Positions 19,114 to 28,808 of a stretch of 64,000 nt of DNA are shown piece by piece. The notes under the pieces are model-generated. The model saw nothing but the letters and a program-made list of their open reading frames with translations. It ran no database searches and was not told the origin of the DNA. Source of the DNA: Methanobrevibacter sp. GTDB taxonomy: Archaea > Methanobacteriota > Methanobacteria > Methanobacteriales > Methanobacteriaceae. The stretch is from the NCBI RefSeq assembly GCF_015062935.1, contig NZ_SUTM01000004.1, positions 25,106-89,105 on the forward strand, written 5' to 3'. How positions within the stretch are numbered: the first letter of the stretch is position 1; every line of letters begins with the position of its first letter. Both the position numbers and the translations under genes were made by a program.

Positions 19114-20649
19114 TTATTCTTTTTTTCCAAATATTAATTCATCGATGATATCCATATCCAGATTTTCTTCAACGATTTCAGCCAGTCTGTTTAAAGAATA
19201 ATCCTTTTGGGTTTCGTAAGGATCTTCACCGTATTTTGCTTCAAGACCTTTTTTAACTCTTAAATAATTTAAAAATTCTCTTCTGAAATTATAGTTATGG
19301 AATATTCCATGGAAATAAGTTGCAAATACGTTATCTGAAGAGGCACCGTCAACAAGTCCGTCTTCATTGTTTCCCTGTCCTTTTTTAATGTTTAAAAGAG
19401 GATTTGATTCTAAAAGTTTAGTGGTTCCTTCATGAATCTCATATCCTGTCACCTCTTCACCGGCTATGTCTTTAAATATTTCTCCGACTAATCCTTTCAA
19501 ATCATCAGGTATTGTTGCAACGGACTGTGTCACGATTTTACCTGCTCTTGAAAACTCGGATTCAATATCTAAAAGTCCAAGTCCGTTTAAGGTTCCATGC
19601 TTGGATTCACGTTTGTCATCATCATGAATTACATTTCCCAAAATCTGCAGGCCTCCGCATATTCCAACGATTGGAATTTCTGATGATTTTTCAATAATCT
19701 TGTCAGCAAGGCCACTTTGGCGAAGAGCAAACATGTCTTCTGTTGAGTTACGGGTTCCTGGAATTAGAATTGCATCAACATCACCTATATCGTCATTGAT
19801 ACCAATCATTTTAAGCGCAACGTCCTCTTCGTACTCAAACGGGTCGATATCTGTGAAATTAGCTATTTTCGGTAATCTGATTACTCCTATTGTTATGTCC
19901 TTGTCTTCTGCAAACACATGTGTTGTCAGTGATGCTGAATCCTCTTCAGGCAGTTTCAATGTTTCATCATAAGGAAGCACTCCCAGTACAGGTTCGCCGG
20001 TTATCTCTTCGATTCTGTCAAGCCCTGGCTTTAAAATATCCAAATTACCTCTGAACTTGTTGATTACAGTTGCTTTAAGACGGGACCTGTCATAATCATC
20101 AAGTAAAACGTATGTTCCGGCAATGGCTGCAAAAACTCCTCCCATTTCAATGTCTGCTATTAGAATAACGTTGGCATCGGCAAGATGTGCGATTTCCATA
20201 TTTGCTATATCCTGGTCTCGCATGTTAATCTCGGCCGGTGAACCTGCCCCTTCAATTACGATTATGTCATATTCCTCAGATAGTATTTTGAAGCTTTCTT
20301 TTATTGCATTGAATGCTGTATCATGGTATTTGTGCTGGTAATCATAAAAGTTCATGTCACCTATTGATTTTCCCTGAATGATTACGTTTGATGTGAAATC
20401 TCCTTTTGGTTTTAATAAAACGGGATTCATATGTATGCTGGGTTCAATCATTGCCGCTTCCGCCTGCAGCATCTGAGCAATTCCAATTTCACCATTTTCT
20501 TTTGTGGTGTATGAATTTAAAGACATATTTTGGGATTTGAATGGAGCTACTTTATATCCTCTGTTCTTATATATTCTACATAATGCTGCTACAAGCATAC
20601 TTTTTCCGGCGTTTGAAGAGGTTCCCTGAACCATGATACATTTTGACAT
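19114..20649 (-). CDS. cobQ: Cobyric acid synthase
   Basis: IMVQGTSSNAGKS, PFKSQNMSLNS, MNPVLLKP, IEGAGSPAEIN, ISNFTD-like IANFTD, GICGGLQ and ATYFHG motifs; 511 aa. Confidence 0.97.
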   Translation of the reverse strand: MSKCIMVQGTSSNAGKSMLVAALCRIYKNRGYKVAPFKSQNMSLNSYTTKENGEIGIAQMLQAEAAMIEPSIHMNPVLLKPKGDFTSNVIIQGKSIGDMNFYDYQHKYHDTAFNAIKESFKILSEEYDIIVIEGAGSPAEINMRDQDIANMEIAHLADANVILIADIEMGGVFAAIAGTYVLLDDYDRSRLKATVINKFRGNLDILKPGLDRIEEITGEPVLGVLPYDETLKLPEEDSASLTTHVFAEDKDITIGVIRLPKIANFTDIDPFEYEEDVALKMIGINDDIGDVDAILIPGTRNSTEDMFALRQSGLADKIIEKSSEIPIVGICGGLQILGNVIHDDDKRESKHGTLNGLGLLDIESEFSRAGKIVTQSVATIPDDLKGLVGEIFKDIAGEEVTGYEIHEGTTKLLESNPLLNIKKGQGNNEDGLVDGASSDNVFATYFHGIFHNYNFRREFLNYLRVKKGLEAKYGEDPYETQKDYSLNRLAEIVEENLDMDIIDELIFGKKE

Positions 20650-20708
20650 GTTAGAATATATTTAGTTAATATTATAAATAATTTAAAAATGAGATTTTTT
20701 TAATTAAA

Positions 20709-20829
20709 TTTGAAGGAGAGTCATGCCGTATTGTCTGGGGCTTAATAATGAACTGACTGTGCGACAATAATGTTCGGTTCTCCTTCAAAAATCGAGTGAC
20801 AAGATATAATTATCGAAAATTTATCTTGT
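20709..20829. other. GC-rich structured intergenic element (candidate sRNA or MITE-like element)
   Basis: Perfect 11-bp arms TTTGAAGGAGA (20709-19) / TCTCCTTCAAA (20779-89) enclose inner pairs GCCG/CGGT and TATTGTC/GACAATA; a second hairpin ACAAGATA/TATCTTGT follows (20799-20829); the flanks are very AT-rich. Confidence 0.45.
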
Positions 20830-21138
20830 AATTAATATTATTGAGATTATATTTAATATATCTTTACTTTTTTCAATATATAATCATATTTTTCTATTTA
20901 TTCAATTTTATTTTATTAATTTTTTATTTGGGTTTTATTGTTCTAAAATTATATTTTTGATATGTTTTAATGTGCAATTCGATGTGATTTATTATATGGA
21001 AATAATGCAAATATTTTACTTACTTTTATTTACTAAAATAGAAAGCTTTTTATATGTCCTAAAATTAAATAAATATTAAATAGTATATGAAACTTAACTT
21101 TTAATGATGAATTTATTACAAGAAGTGAGGTTAATTTT

Positions 21139-23115
21139 ATGAAATTTGAAGAACAAGAATCAATCGAAGATTCTTTAGAAGAAGTCACTGAAAAACCAGT
21201 CGAAGAGGAAGCTTCTGGTGAAGAAACAATTCACATGCTGGATTATGATAACATAAAAAGCTCACAAGATATTGAGGTTCCACCTTTATTAATTGATCAG
21301 GTTATAGGACATGAAGAGTCCATTGAAACAATTAAAAAAGCAGCAAAACAAAGAAGGAATGTTTTGTTAATAGGTGACCCTGGTGTGGGTAAATCCATGC
21401 TTGCAAAAGGAATGGCACAAATCCTGCCTCATGAAACCCTACAAGATGTTTTGGTCTATCCTAATATGGAAGATAACAACCATCCTCTGGTAAGAACAGT
21501 CCCTGCAGGTGAAGGTAAAAAAATTGTAAGGGCAACAAAAGGGTCCGCCAAAGGTCATGAAGAGAGAAAAACAATTATTACAATGTTTGCTATTGGTGGT
21601 ATCCTGGTTATAGGATTCATGTACGGCAGATTGCTCGAATCCATTATTGCAGCTGCTTTAATCTTACTTATATCAATACAGATTAAACCTAAAACCAATA
21701 ACATGTCTCCAAAATTATTGGTTAACAATGAAGAATCCAGATTTGCACCATTCATGGATGCGACTGGTGCTCATGCAGGTGCACTTTTAGGAGATGTACG
21801 TCACGACCCATACCAATCCGGAGGATTAGGAACTCCTGCACACGAACGTGTCGAAGCAGGTATGATTCACAAGGCAAACCGTGGAGTTTTATATATTGAC
21901 GAAATAGGTACAATGAGTATGAAAACCCAGCAGGAGCTTTTATCTGCAATGCAGGAAAAGCAATATGCAATCACAGGTCAAAGTGAAAACTCCAGTGGTG
22001 CAATGGTAAGGTCACAGGCAGTTCCATGTGACTTTGTGCTTGTAGCATCAGGAAACCTTCAGGTATTGGAAGGAATGCACATAGCAATGAGGTCAAGAAT
22101 CAGAGGATACGGTTACGAAGTTTTCATGAAAGATTACATGGAAGATACAACCGAAAACCGAGAAAAACTGGTTCAATTCGTAGCTCAGGAAGTTAAAAAC
22201 GATGGAAGAATTCCACACTTCGCTCCTGATGCATTGGATGAAATTATCCTTGAAGCTAAAAGAAGATCAGGTAAGCAAAATGCATTGACCTTAAGGTTAA
22301 GGGACTTAGGCGGTTTAGTCAGGTCCGCTGGTGATGTAGCTATTGAAAAAGGTGCAGAGCTTGTTACTGCTGAGCATGTTGTTGAAGCTAAAAGATTTGC
22401 AAGAACCCTCGAACAGCAAATAGCTGACAGATCCATTATCCAAAGAAAAGATTACAGTATGGTATCTGCTGAAGGTGGAAGAGTTGGTCTTATCAATGGT
22501 CTTGCAGTAATTGGAGATAGAAGCGGTATTGTATCACCAATTGCAGCTGAAGCAGCACCAACACAATCTAAAAACGGTGGTCAAATCATAGCTACCGGTA
22601 AACTTGGTGAAATCGCTCAGGAATCTGTTCAAAACGTAAGTGCACTGATTAAAAAATACACTAACAAGGACATTTCAGATTATGACATTCACATTCAGTT
22701 TATACAAACCTATGATGGTGTTGAAGGCGACTCAGCCAGTGTAAGTATTGCTACTGCGGTAATTTCAGCTGTTGAAGAGATTCCGATTGACCAGACCGTA
22801 GCATTGACCGGTTCACTTAATGTTCGTGGAGATGTAATGCCTATCGGTGGTGCAACAGCAAAAATTGAAGCGGCTGCAGAAGCGGGAATGAAAAAAGTAT
22901 TGATTCCTAAATCTAATTTAAAAGATGTTATGATTGAGAAAAAATACGAAGACATGATTGAAATCATTCCAACCGAAACTTTAAGTGATGTTTTAGAAAA
23001 TATCTTAATCAGCGGTTCTAAAAAAGATAACTTGATTGCAAAAATGAAGAATTTAGGTTCCAGAGTCGCTGAAAAAGTTCCACAAACAACAATTAATAAT
23101 CCAACTACAAATTAA
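21139..23115 (+). CDS. lonB: Archaeal membrane-anchored Lon protease
   Basis: LIDQVIGHE, Walker A GDPGVGKS, two TM helices inserted in the AAA domain, LYIDEI, catalytic GDSAS and [10 protein letters not shown] Ser/Lys dyad. Confidence 0.96.
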   Translation: MKFEEQESIEDSLEEVTEKPVEEEASGEETIHMLDYDNIKSSQDIEVPPLLIDQVIGHEESIETIKKAAKQRRNVLLIGDPGVGKSMLAKGMAQILPHETLQDVLVYPNMEDNNHPLVRTVPAGEGKKIVRATKGSAKGHEERKTIITMFAIGGILVIGFMYGRLLESIIAAALILLISIQIKPKTNNMSPKLLVNNEESRFAPFMDATGAHAGALLGDVRHDPYQSGGLGTPAHERVEAGMIHKANRGVLYIDEIGTMSMKTQQELLSAMQEKQYAITGQSENSSGAMVRSQAVPCDFVLVASGNLQVLEGMHIAMRSRIRGYGYEVFMKDYMEDTTENREKLVQFVAQEVKNDGRIPHFAPDALDEIILEAKRRSGKQNALTLRLRDLGGLVRSAGDVAIEKGAELVTAEHVVEAKRFARTLEQQIADRSIIQRKDYSMVSAEGGRVGLINGLAVIGDRSGIVSPIAAEAAPTQSKNGGQIIATGKLGEIAQESVQNVSALIKKYTNKDISDYDIHIQFIQTYDGVEGDSASVSIATAVISAVEEIPIDQTVALTGSLNVRGDVMPIGGATAKIEAAAEAGMKKVLIPKSNLKDVMIEKKYEDMIEIIPTETLSDVLENILISGSKKDNLIAKMKNLGSRVAEKVPQTTINNPTTN

Positions 23116-23186
23116 AATGGGATTATTTATTTTTTCTATTTTTTTCATACAAATTTTTATATATTTATATATTCAAAAGGTAAAAT

Positions 23187-24605
23187 ATGAGTTTTAAAGT
23201 TAGTGTTGCAAAACTTGTAGCTAAAGTAGGAGGACCATTTTCAAAATTCGGATCTGGAAGTGGAAAAAGTTTTGCAGGAATTTTATTTACAAAGATTGCA
23301 GGTATTGATGCAATTTCAGAATTATCAAAGCAATTGGGTATAGGTTCAATTATTCTTACAGGAACAAACGGAAAGACAACAACTACAACACTTTTAATTA
23401 AGTTATTATCAACTGATGTTCCAATCAGAAGCAGTTTTGAAAGTAACACTATCAATGCTATAGCTTCAGCTTTCATCCAGCAAAAAGGGGACATTGGTGT
23501 TTTTGAATATGGAATCCGTAATATCAAATACGGAATTCCGGACACAGTTCAGAGAGTCGTTGACCCTGTTGGTGTAGTATATACGACCATTTCCCAGGAA
23601 CATACTCAGGTTGCCGGTGTTAAAAACCCATTTGAAGATTATTATAAAGCTAAAAGATTGCTGTCTCAGGGCATGAAGCGTGGAGTTATCATAACCAATG
23701 GTGATGACCCAAGAACAGCACTGTTAGGGATTGACAAAGAAAAGGATGTCCATGTAAACTATTATGGAATTGAAACCGATGGAATTGAAGATATCAACGG
23801 TGAAGCGGTAAACTGTCCGAAATGCGGTGAAACATTAACATATTCCAAATATTATCTCAATCATAGAGGCATCTATTCCTGCAGCTGCGGATTCAAACGT
23901 CCTGACTTGAATGTTAAACTAACAGATATTGAATTTGCTCCTGATTCATGGAAACTCACAATTGAAGGAGATTTGTTCAATTACACTGTTTCAAAAAACA
24001 TTAACTTTAACATAGACATTACTGTACCTCCATACGGTTTCCACAATATATACAATACTCTGGCCTCCATTACAACCTACGCATCATTCACTCCTAAGGT
24101 GGAAAACATTGAATCCACGGTTAAAAAAGTATTCAACAATCTGGACATGTCATTTATTCCGCCTGGAAGATTTGAAGTTGTTGATATAGGAGGCAAATTC
24201 GTCGGATTGGGTCAGGGTGATAATGGTGATGCGCTTAAAATCAATGCAATGTTCATGAATCAGTTCGTTGATGCTCCATTGGAGTTCATCTATACAACTC
24301 CGGATGTGGATGAAGAGGAAATCTTTGAAGACCACTATAAGGTAATAAAAAGCATGAATCCGGAACATGTTATTGTTGTTCCTGGAAGGCATTCCATTGA
24401 GAAAGCCGAAGAATACTATAATATTATAAAACAGGATTTCCCCGATGCCGAGTTTTACCCTCTCAGTTATGAGGAAATGGACGTCAGAATTGAAAAGTTA
24501 AATGAACTGGCCAGAAATTCAGACTATAAATATGTAATCATGACAGGTTGCGGTGAAGAACAGGCAATGTGGGAAGAAATCAAAAAGAAAATGATTAATA
24601 GATAA
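23187..24605 (+). CDS. MurT-like Mur-ligase family protein (probable pseudomurein biosynthesis)
   Basis: P-loop TGTNGKTTTT, CPKC...CSCG zinc-finger insertion, GFHNIYN, PPGRFE. Confidence 0.8.
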   Translation: MSFKVSVAKLVAKVGGPFSKFGSGSGKSFAGILFTKIAGIDAISELSKQLGIGSIILTGTNGKTTTTTLLIKLLSTDVPIRSSFESNTINAIASAFIQQKGDIGVFEYGIRNIKYGIPDTVQRVVDPVGVVYTTISQEHTQVAGVKNPFEDYYKAKRLLSQGMKRGVIITNGDDPRTALLGIDKEKDVHVNYYGIETDGIEDINGEAVNCPKCGETLTYSKYYLNHRGIYSCSCGFKRPDLNVKLTDIEFAPDSWKLTIEGDLFNYTVSKNINFNIDITVPPYGFHNIYNTLASITTYASFTPKVENIESTVKKVFNNLDMSFIPPGRFEVVDIGGKFVGLGQGDNGDALKINAMFMNQFVDAPLEFIYTTPDVDEEEIFEDHYKVIKSMNPEHVIVVPGRHSIEKAEEYYNIIKQDFPDAEFYPLSYEEMDVRIEKLNELARNSDYKYVIMTGCGEEQAMWEEIKKKMINR

Positions 24606-25077
24606 TTTTACTATCTATTATCTCTTTAATTTTTTTGTAAAAATCAAGTTCGGAAGGTTCAATTTCCTTAAATGCCGCATCGATGCTGCATCCGCACAAA
24701 TCACAGCTTCCGATTATATATTCATCTGTGCCCTTTTTAATCAATATTCCAAAAACACGCTCTTTTTCATTTGCATATTTTTCAAATTCTTCTTCGGATA
24801 ACTTCAAATTGCAATCCTCAGTTGAATAGATGTCGCATTCATTGATTATCGGCACGAAAGTGTACATGCCTATGTTGAGGAATATGTTTTCATGTTTTAG
24901 TATTTTCAGGATTTTTTCTTCAAAGGAATCCTCTTTTTTGAGGTCAAATTTGTCCAGTTCATGGATGTTGCTTGAGCCCATGTAGTAATTGTCATGAATT
25001 ACTGTGGCAACTAAATCAGGGTCTACATAATTATTGCATGTAGCCCTAATATTTTTAATAGTTTCTTTAACATTCAT
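24595..25077 (-). CDS. Hypothetical protein (160 aa)
   Basis: ATG at 25077 with a GAGG RBS, overlapping the upstream gene's stop (translational coupling); its 3' end overlaps the convergent ligase by 11 nt. Confidence 0.7.
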   Translation of the reverse strand: MNVKETIKNIRATCNNYVDPDLVATVIHDNYYMGSSNIHELDKFDLKKEDSFEEKILKILKHENIFLNIGMYTFVPIINECDIYSTEDCNLKLSEEEFEKYANEKERVFGILIKKGTDEYIIGSCDLCGCSIDAAFKEIEPSELDFYKKIKEIIDSKIIY

Positions 25078-25972
25078 CACAAAACGCCTCGAATTTTTCA
25101 CATAATGACATTACCTTGTCAAGATGCGGAATTGATTCAATCCAATCTATAGGTATTGCATCATATCCGTAAAAAATTCCTGCAAGTCCTCCGCAAATAG
25201 CTGCAGTAGTATCTGTATCTCCGCCCAGATTCACTGCTTTAAGGACTGCATCACTGTAGGTGTCTGTATTTTTTAAACAATAGATGACACTTTCAATGGT
25301 GTCAATAACATAGCCTCCACTTCTGATTTCTCCGGTAAAATCATCGTCAAGTATTCTTTTAAAGTGGATTAGCTCTTCGTTTCCTTCATAATATGAAACA
25401 ATTTTATTGCAGGCATTTTTCACATGCTCATCTATGGTCAGGTCATTTTCAAGCATTGATTTTGCAATTTCAATATATAAAACGCAGGCTATTTTTGACC
25501 TGTCATGGGCATGGGTTAGGCCTGATACGTTTTCAATTGTTTCATGGTTGATATCCGGAATAAAAGCAAGGGGCAATATCCTCATAAGTGATCCGTTTCC
25601 GTTGTCATGTGTTGATGTTCCTCCGCTTGACATTGCATCTGCACTATTTTTATATCTTGTAAGGCTCCTTCTGGTTGTATTTCCAATATCAAAAGTATCG
25701 TTATACTGTGTGAATTCACTTTCAAAGGCCCATTTGCAGAAATTTATCATGATGTCTTCATAGTCAATTCCTTTCTTGTCTACAATGCTTCTCATAGTTG
25801 CAATGGTCATTGAGGAGTCATCAGACCAGGTGCCCTTGGGCATATTGTATGTTCCATTGCCTCTCATCTCATTTACCGGATCTTCTGCAAGTTCCGCTCT
25901 TGAGTAAAATTCAACAGGAACTCCAAGTGCATCTCCAACAATAAAACCGCATATTCCGTCTTTAACCTTCAT
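25067..25972 (-). CDS. ADP-ribosylglycohydrolase (DraG/ARH family)
   Basis: GDALGVPVEF, WSDDSSMT, DIGNTT, NGNGSLMRI, THAH, GGDTDTTAAICG metal-binding motifs. Confidence 0.94.
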   Translation of the reverse strand: MKVKDGICGFIVGDALGVPVEFYSRAELAEDPVNEMRGNGTYNMPKGTWSDDSSMTIATMRSIVDKKGIDYEDIMINFCKWAFESEFTQYNDTFDIGNTTRRSLTRYKNSADAMSSGGTSTHDNGNGSLMRILPLAFIPDINHETIENVSGLTHAHDRSKIACVLYIEIAKSMLENDLTIDEHVKNACNKIVSYYEGNEELIHFKRILDDDFTGEIRSGGYVIDTIESVIYCLKNTDTYSDAVLKAVNLGGDTDTTAAICGGLAGIFYGYDAIPIDWIESIPHLDKVMSLCEKFEAFCDEC

Positions 25973-26061
25973 GTTTAATAATAGGTTTTTGAAAATTATT
26001 AATATATTCGTTAAAATTATGTTACATCATTTTTAAGTATTTCAAAAACAATTCTTATATA

Positions 26062-26571
26062 ATGATTTTAAAAACTCAAAACCTCCTTTTAAGGCCTTGG
26101 CGCGAAAGCGATGCTGAATGTTTATATCACTTTGCAAAAAATCCCAATGTAGGTCCGATTGCAGGATGGCCACCTCATGAAAGCGTTGATGATAGTTTAA
26201 ACATTATCAAAACAGTCTTTTCCAAAAGGGAAACCTATGCAGTTGTCAGGAATGACATTCCAATAGGCTGTGTGGGACTACTGTTTCACCCGGATACAAA
26301 CCATTGGTGGGGGGAAGGAGCATGTGAACTTGGCTACTGGATAGCTGAGGAGTTCTGGGGAAATGGCTATGCGGTAGAAGCATCAAAAGCAATAATCAAA
26401 AGAGCATTTGATGATTTGAATGTAACCCATATTTACGCTTCATATAGAATTGAAAATTCCCAGTCAAAAAGGGTTTTGGAAAAATTGGGCTTTAAATATT
26501 ATACAGAATTGGTTAACCAAAATTATTTAGGTGAATATTTTAAAGAAATTGCAATGATTTTAGAAAAATAA
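26062..26571 (+). CDS. GNAT N-acetyltransferase (RimJ/RimL family)
   Basis: LLLRPW, ELGYWIAEEFWGNGYAVEA, NSQSKRVLEKLGF. Confidence 0.9.
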   Translation: MILKTQNLLLRPWRESDAECLYHFAKNPNVGPIAGWPPHESVDDSLNIIKTVFSKRETYAVVRNDIPIGCVGLLFHPDTNHWWGEGACELGYWIAEEFWGNGYAVEASKAIIKRAFDDLNVTHIYASYRIENSQSKRVLEKLGFKYYTELVNQNYLGEYFKEIAMILEK

Positions 26572-26600
26572 TTTATATTAAGAAATATTAATGTTAACTA

Positions 26601-26972
26601 ATGACAAGAATATGTGAAAATTGCAAATTTGAAAATCAGGATGATTATGATTTCTGCGCAAAATGCGGAACTCCACTGGTGGAAGGTGTTCAGCCTAAAA
26701 ATTTCATTGTGTTTCGCAACGAATTGCCTCCGGTAAACAACAAGGCGATTATAGCCTCATATATAGTTACAATATTTTTGTCCTGGAGCGGATTTATCGT
26801 TGGAACATTTCTTAAAAACACAAATCTTTCTTTTTTTACATTCTTTGGTTTTTTCATGCCTTTCTATCTTGTCCAGTCAAGACATCCGACAATTAAAAAG
26901 CACGGAATAGTAATGTTAATTATTTCACTTGTTGGTGTGGCTCTCTCATTTTATACTGTGCTTCACAAATAG
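26601..26972 (+). CDS. Zinc-ribbon membrane protein
   Basis: N-terminal CENC...CAKCG followed by three hydrophobic helices. Confidence 0.8.
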   Translation: MTRICENCKFENQDDYDFCAKCGTPLVEGVQPKNFIVFRNELPPVNNKAIIASYIVTIFLSWSGFIVGTFLKNTNLSFFTFFGFFMPFYLVQSRHPTIKKHGIVMLIISLVGVALSFYTVLHK

Positions 26973-26987
26973 AAAAAAAGGGGAAAA

Positions 26988-27506
26988 TTAAACGAAAATG
27001 AATTTAATGTTTCCCATTAAAATGTTTGTTGGAATAGCTATAGGATTGAAAGTACCGCTGTTCATTGCAGTATCCACTGCGTCCCCTCTTGACATGGTAC
27101 CTTGGACATTTTCACTGCCTGAATAACCGTTGTATGCATCATTTGCCCTTATATTGTCAATCAAACCAGCACCAAAGATGCCTTCAGCAGCTTCAGGATT
27201 TACACTAATGATTAAATGTGGTGAAAACTGATATGAGTATTCCATAATGTCTCTTGCAGCTCCATAAGGGTCATCTGGTGAATCCTGGTGAACATTATGC
27301 AATGTTTGTCCATTTGCATTTACTGAACTTCCAGGATAAATCCAATCAAAACCGCCTAATGCAGTGAATTTTGCAGCCATATCTATTCCCGGCGATCCTT
27401 CGGTAGTATCTTCAGCAATAATCAATATCGGACTTGTTATTGTAAATAACAAAAGCGCAATAAGAATTACCACTATGATTGCCAGTATTACTTTTACTTT
27501 GCTCAT
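26988..27506 (-). CDS. Hypothetical membrane-anchored/secreted protein
   Basis: N-terminal KVK plus long hydrophobic signal/anchor; convergent with the zinc-ribbon gene. Confidence 0.75.
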   Translation of the reverse strand: MSKVKVILAIIVVILIALLLFTITSPILIIAEDTTEGSPGIDMAAKFTALGGFDWIYPGSSVNANGQTLHNVHQDSPDDPYGAARDIMEYSYQFSPHLIISVNPEAAEGIFGAGLIDNIRANDAYNGYSGSENVQGTMSRGDAVDTAMNSGTFNPIAIPTNILMGNIKFIFV

Positions 27507-27596
27507 GATTTTTTTTATTAATGCTTTTTATATTAATAATTAACTTTTTTAATTATCACCAACAAATATAATGTCATATATATTATTGGTGATATT

Positions 27597-28511
27597 GTGA
27601 TTATAGGTGGTTCAGCTTCACAAGATTTAGCAGCTCATGTAGCTCGTGAACTCGGAGAAGAATTATGTTATGTTGAAACTCGTAAGTTTCCGGATGGAGA
27701 AAGGTATTTAAGAATTGATGGTGAGATTTCTGATGAAGTAACTGTTATCCAGTCAACAGGATATCCTCAGGATGAAAATCTGATGGAATTGTTATTCTTA
27801 ATATCAAATCTAAAGGATTTGGGAGCTAAAAAAGTTCGTGCAGTGGTTCCATATATGGGATATGCAAGACAGGAAAAACGTTTCAATCCCGGCGAGACAG
27901 TTTCCGCAAAAATAATCTGCGAATTGATTCAAGCAGCAGGTGCAGATGAGTTTATCACATTCAATATTCATGAGGAATGTGTATTGAACTTCTTTGACAT
28001 TCCGGCAAGAAACATCTCAGCAATGCCTGCAATTGCCGAATATCTGGACAAGAAATTCTTCAAAAAAGAAGATCTAAAACCATTAATTATAGCTCCGGAT
28101 AAAGGTGCTTACGGTTTTGCTCAGGAAATTTCTAAAATTATCGGTTGTGACTGTACATATTTAACAAAAGTTCGTTTAGGACCTGATAAGGTTGAAACAA
28201 AAATTGTAGATGTCAGATGCGATAGTGAAAGTGAAAATACTGTAAATATCGATTCAGTTAAAGGCATGCACGCTGTCATTGTTGATGATATTATTGCAAC
28301 CGGAGGAACAATTGTCAATGCAATAAACATTTTAAAACAGTATGGTGCATCTGCAATTGACGTATGCTGTGTGCATCCGATTCTAACCAATAACGGCGCT
28401 ACCAGAATCTATGCTGCAGGTGCCAACAAAATCATTGGTACAAACAGTTTATCATCTGACACTTCACGTGTATCCATTGCAAAAGCTATTGCAGATGCAT
28501 TGAGGGATTAG
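27597..28511 (+). CDS. prs: Ribose-phosphate pyrophosphokinase
   Basis: KFPDGE, PYMGYARQEK, APDKGA, PRPP motif VIVDDIIATGGT; GTG start after a GGTGAT RBS. Confidence 0.97.
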   Translation: MIIGGSASQDLAAHVARELGEELCYVETRKFPDGERYLRIDGEISDEVTVIQSTGYPQDENLMELLFLISNLKDLGAKKVRAVVPYMGYARQEKRFNPGETVSAKIICELIQAAGADEFITFNIHEECVLNFFDIPARNISAMPAIAEYLDKKFFKKEDLKPLIIAPDKGAYGFAQEISKIIGCDCTYLTKVRLGPDKVETKIVDVRCDSESENTVNIDSVKGMHAVIVDDIIATGGTIVNAINILKQYGASAIDVCCVHPILTNNGATRIYAAGANKIIGTNSLSSDTSRVSIAKAIADALRD

Positions 28512-28512
28512 G

Positions 28513-28803
28513 ATGGATAAGGAAAAGTTAAAATCAGAACTAATTGACAAATCAAATAATATTTTAGCTAAATATGAGGAAATGGATGTTGTTGAAGATA
28601 TTTCAGTTATGAATATGGCTGCTAAAACAATATTCCTGGGGTCTCTTAAGGTTTATAACAATGCAGTTATTCCGAATATCATGAGAGATTTGCAAAAGGA
28701 AATGAAAGGTTACGGAGAGCTTGTAATCAGGGATCAGAGAGTAACTCCATGCTGTTCTCCAAGCTATACTCATATTAGTTTCAACATTACTATTCTAAAC
28801 TAG
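28513..28803 (+). CDS. Hypothetical protein (96 aa)
   Basis: Fills the gap between prs (1 nt) and uvrB (5 nt); GAGG RBS; probably co-transcribed. Confidence 0.8.
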   Translation: MDKEKLKSELIDKSNNILAKYEEMDVVEDISVMNMAAKTIFLGSLKVYNNAVIPNIMRDLQKEMKGYGELVIRDQRVTPCCSPSYTHISFNITILN

Positions 28804-28808
28804 AAATC

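Noticed and set aside
20650-20830. Cobalamin, fluoride or TPP riboswitch upstream of cobQ
   Set aside because: The conserved cores are absent, and cobQ has a TATA-like TTTATAAT about 25 nt before its ATG (probably leaderless), leaving the structure outside its transcript.
19114-24605. CobQ as the GatD-like partner of the MurT-like ligase
   Set aside because: The 511-aa protein has the full N-terminal synthase domain of true cobyric acid synthase; GatD is a stand-alone domain of about half that size.
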